Below are positions 25,916-32,000 of a stretch of 32,000 bases of DNA, one piece after another. The translations under genes and the position numbers were made by a program. Position 1 is the stretch's first letter. Each line of letters starts with the position of its first letter. Under the pieces are notes generated by a model. That model had not been told where the DNA came from and did not search any database. It saw only the letters and a list, made by a program, of their open reading frames with translations. Source of the DNA: Acaryochloris thomasi RCC1774 (GTDB taxonomy: Bacteria; Cyanobacteriota; Cyanobacteriia; Thermosynechococcales; Thermosynechococcaceae); NCBI RefSeq assembly GCF_003231495.1, contig NZ_PQWO01000009.1, forward strand, positions 180,001 to 212,000, written 5' to 3'.

Positions 25916-26023
25916 GAGAGGGATCATATATTTCTCGACCAAGATCTTCTCATGATCGAAGACATCCATATCTTGATCGGTTACTTCCCCGTGCAGCAAT
26001 AGAGGCATGCCTACCTTTTTCAT
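25916..26023 (-). pseudogene. pyrC: Dihydroorotase (class II PyrC) internal fragment, truncated at both ends
   Basis: The first 36 codons of the 25787..26023 ORF read KKVGMPLLLHGEVTDQDMDVFDHEKILVEKYMIPL. This closely parallels E. coli PyrC ...[34 protein letters not shown]. The similarity stops abruptly afterwards. The region that should encode the PyrC N-terminus is occupied by the cphA1 3' end. Confidence 0.6.
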
Positions 26024-26106
26024 CTACGAATATCCGTCACCTCAAAGTCTAAATTGATTGCTGCACCAACTAGAACGTACTATTCAATCCTATAGACTTT
26101 CGCTTC

Positions 26107-28797
26107 TTAAGTCTTGATTCCATCCAGGCAGATATCTGCATTTTTAAAATCGGCTGATCGTGCCTCCTCTGGCTTTTCAACAATTGGATTTCGAGCCTTA
26201 ATCAATGAGATTGTTCGACTAACATTATCAGGAAAAACAACGACAAGCGACTCTTTAGGGGCATTATCTAGTGCCCATATAATGGCCTCTGCTTCGTCTA
26301 GGCGAACAGAGTGGGAGGCTGCCGACTCAGCCCCGCCCTGACAGATGCCCTGAACAATTAGCTCTGCGGCATTACCGGGAGCGCGACCCCGCCCATCATC
26401 ATCTTCTTTAACAATAATCTGATCGAAGAACGTCGCCGAGAGTTTGCCGAGATCAATTAAATCTTGATCGCGGCGATCACCCGGTCCCCCGACCACGCCA
26501 ATGGCAGGGCCAGTCCAGTTTTTGACAAAGCCCCCTACCGCTTTATATCCGGCTGGGTTATGGGCATAGTCCACCAGTACGTGAAATTGGCCGAGGTTGA
26601 AGAGATTCATACGTCCCGGCGTCTGCTGTTCTGAGGCTTTAAAACTGTGCAGAGCCGCCTGAATCTGCTTGACGGTCACGCCTTGGACATAGGCAGCTAG
26701 ACTTGCCGCCAGAGCATTAGCAATCATGAACGGAGCCATTCCACCCAGCGTTACCGGAACTTGTTTAACGTGCTCAATACGGTGAACCTGATCCTGCTGC
26801 ACAATGGTTAGGTAGCCTTGGTCGTAGACGGCAGCGATTCCACCCTGCTTGAGGTGCGATCGCAACACTTCATTTTCAGGATCCATCGAAAAATAGGCCA
26901 CTTTTCCGGGCACCTGCGCCGCCATTGCCGCGACTCGCGGATCATCAGCATTAAGAACAGCATAGCCATCGGGATGCACCGTCTCAGCGATCACTCCTTT
27001 GACCCTGGCCAACTGATCAACGGTATTAATATCTCCTAGCCCCAAATGGTCCGCCGCCACGTTCAGAACGACTCCCACATCACACTGTGAAAAGGCCAAG
27101 CCCGAACGCAAAATACCGCCCCGAGCTGTTTCAAGAACCGCAATATCCACCGTCGGATCCTGCAGAACCATTTGTGCACTCAGGGGGCCTGTGGTGTCTC
27201 CCTTCTCGACGAGGCGATCGCCGATATAGATGCCGTCGGTGGTCGTAAAGCCCACAGCATCATAAACCTGACGGCAAATATGGGCAATGAGTCGCGTGGT
27301 GGTGGTTTTGCCATTGGTACCCGTCACCGCCACAATGGGCACCCGAGTCGGCGTCCCCGGCGGAAACAGCATCTTAATGATGGGTGCTGCCACATTACGA
27401 GCGCGGCCTTCACTAGGTGCAATGTGCATCCGTAACCCGGGTGCTGCGTTAACCTCAACAATCACGCCATCTGCCTGGCTCAGGGGTTGAGTGATATCAG
27501 TTGTAATCACATCAATCCCTGCAATATCGAGGTCAATAATGCGAGATACCCGTTCCGCTAACCAAACAGTTTCTGGATGAATCTCATCGGTGCGGTCAAT
27601 GGCAATGCCGCCCGTACTGAGGTTGGCTGTTGCGCGCAGGTAACCAATTTGATTGGGCTGCAAAACAGTGTCAACGGTGAACCCTTGACGGCTCAGCATG
27701 GCATCAGTGGCGTCGTCCAGTTGAATATGGGTGAGGATGTTGTCGTGCCCCGCGCCCCGACGATGATCTCGATTCTCTTGTTCAACAAGGGCTGCAATTG
27801 TGTCTTTACCATTGCCAACTACGTGAGCCGGGACGCGCTCTGCAACCGCGACAACTTTGTGGTTAACGACCAGAATGCGATGATCTCGGCCCTGATAGAA
27901 ATGTTCGACAATCACGCCTGTAGAAATATCCTTGGCTCGGTCGTAGGCAATTTCTACCTGTTCTTTTGACTGAATATCAATGGTGATCCCGCGACCGTGA
28001 TTTCCATCTAAGGGCTTTATCACAATCGGATAGCCACCCAAGTCTTCAATCGCGTTATCTAATTCGCTAAAGGCATAAATCACTTTACCCAATGGAACCG
28101 GCGCACCCATACGCGTCAGAATTTCTTTAGTCCGTTCCTTATCGCAGGCTAATTCGACCCCCAAAACGTTGCTATGGGAGGTGAGTGCTGCCTGTAGTCG
28201 CTTTTGGTATTTGCCGTATCCAAGCTGATGGAGATCGCAATTCTCTAGCTCCATCCACGGGATATTGAGGGCTTCTGCCTCGCGGATCAGCGCCTCGGTG
28301 CTCGCCCCTAGGGCGGCTTCAGTACGCAGCTCAACCAAATCTTCTAAATCCGTTTGCAGTTCAGCTTCAGGGTAGGTGCCTGTTTCAGCCAAGCTCTTAC
28401 ATAAACGGTGGGCAGCTCGGGTGGCATAGCGACCGGCGGCTTCATTTTGATATTCAATTGCAACTTGATAAACGCCGGGGGTTACCGTCTCGCGGGTACG
28501 ACCAAACCCCACCTCCATGCCCGCTAAAACCTGGAGTTCTAGCGCCACATGCTCTAGGATATGCCCCACCATGGTGCCTTCCTGGACCCGGCTGAGAAAC
28601 CCACCCCGACACCCTGGCGAGCAGTGATGCTCTTCTAGGCTAGGTAAAACCGAGATTAATCCGTTGTAGAACCCTGGAATCGTATCAGACGGACGGTTAG
28701 CCAAGTCCTCCAGGTCCAGCCGAATGAGAATCAACTTTGCCCGACGAATACTCCAGTAGTTAGGGCCTCGAAGCGTTTGGGTTTGGAGAATTTTCAT
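26107..28797 (-). CDS. cphA: Cyanophycin synthetase (CphA1 type; N, ATP-grasp G and complete Mur-ligase M domains)
   Basis: 896 aa. Starts MKILQTQTLRGPNYWS and has an ATP-grasp core. The P-loop VTGTNGKTTTTRL is at about 27295-27330. ETARGGILR, NVAADHLG, TPGRMN, VDYAHNPAGY and GGPGDRRD are all present. Confidence 0.95.
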   Translation of the reverse strand: MKILQTQTLRGPNYWSIRRAKLILIRLDLEDLANRPSDTIPGFYNGLISVLPSLEEHHCSPGCRGGFLSRVQEGTMVGHILEHVALELQVLAGMEVGFGRTRETVTPGVYQVAIEYQNEAAGRYATRAAHRLCKSLAETGTYPEAELQTDLEDLVELRTEAALGASTEALIREAEALNIPWMELENCDLHQLGYGKYQKRLQAALTSHSNVLGVELACDKERTKEILTRMGAPVPLGKVIYAFSELDNAIEDLGGYPIVIKPLDGNHGRGITIDIQSKEQVEIAYDRAKDISTGVIVEHFYQGRDHRILVVNHKVVAVAERVPAHVVGNGKDTIAALVEQENRDHRRGAGHDNILTHIQLDDATDAMLSRQGFTVDTVLQPNQIGYLRATANLSTGGIAIDRTDEIHPETVWLAERVSRIIDLDIAGIDVITTDITQPLSQADGVIVEVNAAPGLRMHIAPSEGRARNVAAPIIKMLFPPGTPTRVPIVAVTGTNGKTTTTRLIAHICRQVYDAVGFTTTDGIYIGDRLVEKGDTTGPLSAQMVLQDPTVDIAVLETARGGILRSGLAFSQCDVGVVLNVAADHLGLGDINTVDQLARVKGVIAETVHPDGYAVLNADDPRVAAMAAQVPGKVAYFSMDPENEVLRSHLKQGGIAAVYDQGYLTIVQQDQVHRIEHVKQVPVTLGGMAPFMIANALAASLAAYVQGVTVKQIQAALHSFKASEQQTPGRMNLFNLGQFHVLVDYAHNPAGYKAVGGFVKNWTGPAIGVVGGPGDRRDQDLIDLGKLSATFFDQIIVKEDDDGRGRAPGNAAELIVQGICQGGAESAASHSVRLDEAEAIIWALDNAPKESLVVVFPDNVSRTISLIKARNPIVEKPEEARSADFKNADICLDGIKT

Positions 28798-29183
28798 AGG
28801 TTATGGAGAGTGCTTGAGCCGATTCCAGCAGTTTAATGACAGTCTTGAGCGTTTAAATAGGCGTTGTTAAGGACTCAACTCAAGATTAATTTGTTTACGA
28901 ACGCTATTATTTGTTAACCCCAAGTTCTGTAGTTTTAGCTACATATGTGCGTAGTAGATTAGTAGTCTCAGGCTTTCTTAGGTCTGCTTTGAAGCACTCA
29001 AATCCATTCAGGGCTTGAGGTATCGTAACATGCTGAAATAGCCGATAAATCAGACTATTTCAATCCTATATAAGTGGCTTTGCGGGTTTTGGCCATTCGT
29101 ACAGGACTATCAGATTAACCGCATCGAGCAATTTCCCATGATTACAAATCTCGCTCTAATTCTGGGACGCTTAAAAAGCTGCG

Positions 29184-29993
29184 CTAAGACGGCAAAACAG
29201 TCCGATGCTGATAGTGGTAGAGATCGCCCCGGTTTAGAATGTGCACGGTTAGATTGTGCAAACTGAGGGGAGACGTTTCGTCTGACTCTGGGTGATTCGT
29301 ATAGGCCAATTCCCCTGGATCGATGACGGTGATCGACCCCTTACCCAATATTTCAAAGCTCCCATCCCCTCTGAAGGCAGCACAGGTATCTTCGTCAATG
29401 CCCATCCCTAGCTTCTCAGGATACGTTGCGATCGCACTGAGTAATCGAGCCATCCGATTGCGATTATGGAAGTGCTGATCCACCAACACTTCAGGAATAA
29501 TTCCTAACCCATCCATCAAATCGACGAGTGAGCGGTTGGGAGATTCACCACTGCTGCCCCCCGAGATCATTTTTTCGCCCATAATGGCAGCGCCAGCGCT
29601 GGTTCCAGCAAGGACAAGCGAGCCCAGATGAAGCCGCTTTCTGATAGCTGCAATAAATTTACTATCGTTGATGAAGTGGAAAAGACGAACCTGATCGCCA
29701 CCTGTCACAAAGACACCCGTACAGTCATCTAAGATATCGAGCCAGCGCAGCTCATCACACTCATGGGGTCGCCGAATATCAAGAACCTCAACCCGGTGCG
29801 CCCCCATTCTCTTGAAGATCTGGTAATAGCGATCGCCGACCGCACTGGGTTCTTGTGAAGCGCAGGGAATAATGCCGATGGTTGCTAGCTTTCCGCCTGC
29901 ACTCTCGAAAAAGGCGGTTAATATACTGCACTCATTGACCTTATCTTCTGCTCCACCAATAACCATAATTGGGTACTGGGTCGGAATTACCAT
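29184..29993 (-). CDS. cphB: Cyanophycinase (S51 serine peptidase)
   Basis: 269 aa. Motifs are IMVIGGAEDK, VFVTGGDQ, the catalytic-Ser motif LAGTSAGAAIMG, and VDQHF..RNR..RL. It sits upstream of and co-directional with cphA, the classic cphBA arrangement. Confidence 0.93.
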   Translation of the reverse strand: MVIPTQYPIMVIGGAEDKVNECSILTAFFESAGGKLATIGIIPCASQEPSAVGDRYYQIFKRMGAHRVEVLDIRRPHECDELRWLDILDDCTGVFVTGGDQVRLFHFINDSKFIAAIRKRLHLGSLVLAGTSAGAAIMGEKMISGGSSGESPNRSLVDLMDGLGIIPEVLVDQHFHNRNRMARLLSAIATYPEKLGMGIDEDTCAAFRGDGSFEILGKGSITVIDPGELAYTNHPESDETSPLSLHNLTVHILNRGDLYHYQHRTVLPS

Positions 29994-30046
29994 AGATTCT
30001 TACACTAAAATTTTTCTCTGGAGCACAAAGCGATCCCAGGTCACGA

Positions 30047-30075
30047 ATTATATAACCGTGGCGGAGCAAAATCAA
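30047..30075 (-). promoter_or_regulatory. Candidate sigma-70-type promoter for cphB
   Basis: The minus strand reads TTGATT-(17 nt)-TATAAT (-35 at 30075..30070, -10 at 30052..30047). That places a transcription start about 45 nt upstream of the cphB ATG. This is a sequence match only. Confidence 0.35.
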
Positions 30076-30155
30076 AGCGTCTGTTAGTCATTGGGCGCCC
30101 GATCGTTGATATAGCAGCGCCGCTGATCTCAAACAAAGGGAATAGACAAACAAGA

Positions 30156-30226
30156 GCGGATGATCGGACTCGAACCGACGACATTCAGCTTGGGAAGCTG
30201 ACGTTCTACCACTGAACTACACCCGC
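30156..30226 (-). tRNA. tRNA-Gly (anticodon CCC), 71 nt, CCA not encoded
   Basis: The minus strand reads GCGGGTG-TA-GTTC-AGTGGTA-GAAC-G-TCAGC-TTCCCAA-GCTGA-ATGTC-GTCGG-TTCGAGT-CCGAT-CATCCGC. It folds into a full cloverleaf with a 7-bp acceptor stem (one G-U pair) and a GTTCGAGTC T-loop. Confidence 0.9.
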
Positions 30227-30316
30227 AAGAGGTGGATACTAAGATAGCATCCGAACTTCGTCTGTAACGCCGTAGCTCATAATATTTTATGAACTTGTCG
30301 CGGTGAGAACGACTGG

Positions 30317-31771
30317 GTGGAGCATTCATCAGCAACTGACTACTTTCAGAAGCGCCTGCATGAGCAGTGGCTATTGGGTATTGATGGCTGGACCGTTCGG
30401 ACCCAAGCAAGACTCCATCAGCTTTCTTCCTTGACGCAAGCTGGCACTCATCCAAGAATTCTATTGAACCTGCAGGACCCATTAGAGTTTCTTGCCGCCT
30501 TCATGGCTGCGTGCATAACTGAATCTCCTGTCTTTCTGGGCAATCCGAGCTGGAGTCGAGCAGACTGGGAACAAGTCATCGCCTTATCTCAGCCCCACAT
30601 TATCTGGGATGCAGCAGGGCAAACGTTCACAGAAAATCCGTTTACCCCCCATCAAAAAAGCTGGATCATGGTCCCAACGGGCGGCTCGTCTGGGAAAATT
30701 CGATTTGCAATTCACACATGGTCAACTCTAATGGCCTCTGTGCAAGGCTGCCAACAATACTTTGAGTCACCCACCATCAACTCTTGCTGTACGCTGCCTT
30801 TACACCACGTTAGTGGGCTGATGCAGTTTCTGCGCTCCTTTACGACTGGCGGTCGGCTGGCGATTCTTCCTTTCGATGATTTTTTGAACGGCGTTAGCTC
30901 CAATCCAGCTCTCGCAGCTTTTCTTGACAGTCAATCCCAAGAAGTGCAAGCGTTCTTTCTATCTCTTGTTCCTACGCAGCTTCAGCGATTGCTGCAAAGA
31001 CCAGAACGCCTTCCTTGGCTAGCTCGTTTTCAGACTGTGCTGCTAGGGGGTGCCCCTGCATGGCCTGAGCTTCTCAATGCGGCCAGAAAGCATAAAGTTC
31101 GGTTGGCACCGACCTATGGCATGACCGAGACAGCATCTCAGGTCGCGACGCTAAAGCCGGATGATTTTCTTGCAGGTCATTACAGTAGTGGACAAGTTTT
31201 GCCCCACGCTCAAGTCTTGGCTCAGGATGATGATCAGAGGTTCCTTCCTCGGAATCAAACGGGCAGAATCGCGATCCAATCTCAGTCCCTTTGCTTGGGG
31301 TATTATCCTGAACGGTTTGCAAATCCTGAAACCTTTGTAACGGACGACCTTGGATATCTTTGCGATGAGCAACCTTCAGCCTGTAGGCAAGAGCAGGACG
31401 CTCACATCTCCGGGAAGACTCCACATTTACATGTTGTTGGCCGCGACAGCCGCAAGATTATCTCTGGAGGTGAGAATATTTTCCCGGAGGAGGTGGAGGC
31501 AGCGATTCGAGCCACGGGACTAGTCAAGGATGTTTATGTAACAGGCGCTCCTGATTCTGAATGGGGAGAAGTTGCGATCGCACTTTACGTCCCCATCACA
31601 CCGAGCAGGTCAGTTCTAGAAATACAAGCCGCACTGCAAAACACGCTCAGCAAACTCAAGTATCCAAAGCGGTGGATTGCGGTAGAACAGATCCCTCGCA
31701 ATGCTCAAGGCAAAGTTAGTCAAATGCAGGTTGCAATGGAGGTGCGATCTCATCTCTCCAACGGTGGCTAG
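30317..31771 (+). CDS. menE: 2-succinylbenzoate--CoA ligase (adenylate-forming enzyme family)
   Basis: 484 aa. VPTGGSSGKIRFAIHTW is a cyanobacterial MenE-type variant of the AMP-binding P-loop. LAPTYGMTETAS, VTDDLGYL, GRDSRKIISGGENIFPEEVE and PRNAQGKV are also present. The annotated start is a GTG, so the exact start is uncertain. Confidence 0.78.
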   Translation: MEHSSATDYFQKRLHEQWLLGIDGWTVRTQARLHQLSSLTQAGTHPRILLNLQDPLEFLAAFMAACITESPVFLGNPSWSRADWEQVIALSQPHIIWDAAGQTFTENPFTPHQKSWIMVPTGGSSGKIRFAIHTWSTLMASVQGCQQYFESPTINSCCTLPLHHVSGLMQFLRSFTTGGRLAILPFDDFLNGVSSNPALAAFLDSQSQEVQAFFLSLVPTQLQRLLQRPERLPWLARFQTVLLGGAPAWPELLNAARKHKVRLAPTYGMTETASQVATLKPDDFLAGHYSSGQVLPHAQVLAQDDDQRFLPRNQTGRIAIQSQSLCLGYYPERFANPETFVTDDLGYLCDEQPSACRQEQDAHISGKTPHLHVVGRDSRKIISGGENIFPEEVEAAIRATGLVKDVYVTGAPDSEWGEVAIALYVPITPSRSVLEIQAALQNTLSKLKYPKRWIAVEQIPRNAQGKVSQMQVAMEVRSHLSNGG

Positions 31772-31831
31772 GTTTTTAACGGTTTTGCGCCATCGACTAC
31801 ACTAGAAATACATTGCTCAACGGTATATTCA

Positions 31832-32000
31832 ATGGTTGCCAATGCGGTTCGCTGGACCACTCAAGACCTAGAGGTCATGCCCGATGATTGGGGCTGGAAG
31901 CGCTACGAAATCATTGATGGGGAATTGTTTGTGACCCGCGCTTCTCATATTAGCCATTAAGATGCAGGCGGTAACCTTCATGTAGAGTTGGCCCTTTAGT
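31832..32000 (+). pseudogene. Uma2-family (DUF820) putative endonuclease, N-terminal part, with in-frame stops; runs off the window
   Basis: ATG at 31832 gives MVANAVRWTTQDLEVMPDDWGWKRYEIIDGELFVTRASHISH, then TAA (31958-31960), then DAGGNLHVELAL, then TAG. The pattern WT..d...mp....kryEiIDGELfVt.apH..Hq...gnL...L is the Uma2 signature. TAA sits where Gln (CAA) is expected and TAG where Trp (TGG) is expected. Confidence 0.45.

Noticed and set aside
15932-28797. Possibility that the two cphA copies are an assembly duplication or collapsed repeat
   Set aside because: The copies differ at a large fraction of nucleotide positions, including many synonymous sites. They also have different flanks and different C-termini, so they are true diverged paralogues.
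30129-30482. 117-aa minus-strand ORF in the ORF track
   Set aside because: It reads straight through the tRNA-Gly(CCC) gene (30156..30226) and overlaps the menE start. Its composition is implausible, so it is an artefact of the tRNA region.

Overview
The window looks like a cyanobacterial chromosomal segment. I count more than 20 copies of the HIP1 octamer GCGATCGC by eye, where about 0.5 would be expected by chance in 32 kb. The main theme is nitrogen-reserve (cyanophycin) and arginine metabolism. It contains a cphB-cphA1 pair (29993..26107, minus strand), a plant-type isoaspartyl peptidase (7938..8870), the bifunctional arginine-to-proline enzyme AgrE/ArgZ (2971..5073) and bifunctional PutA (19581..22604). 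Together these cover every step from cyanophycin to glutamate within 27 kb.

The most unusual element is a second CphA paralogue (15932..19327) directly downstream of putA. It keeps the N and ATP-grasp (G) domains. All three Mur-ligase (M-domain) catalytic motifs that I could align are mutated, and the C-terminal Mur-ligase lobe is replaced by about 410 aa that I cannot assign. That tail runs acidic linker, coiled coil, hydrophobic segment, then a basic terminal domain.

Between putA and cphA1 lies a decayed chromosomal integron: an intI pseudogene with frameshifts, a stop and a MITE insertion, followed by three AT-rich cassettes lacking HIP1 and at least two attC-like sites. It ends at a pyrC remnant. 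A second, inverted copy of the same MITE lies 28 bp upstream of the isoaspartyl peptidase, so the two copies bracket about 15 kb.

Other content:
- a minus-strand redox-flavoured gene string: DM13, YHS-like, YjeF_N epimerase, GMC oxidoreductase, membrane protein, Rieske-TPP fusion enzyme
- a transglutaminase-core protein
- a phytol-kinase-like membrane protein
- an AT-rich island with a possible GT-D-like gene
- a DUF2283 gene
- tRNA-Gly(CCC)
- menE
- a partial ArsR-family gene at one window edge and a Uma2-like pseudogene at the other

All functional calls rest on motifs I recognise by eye. No database search was possible.
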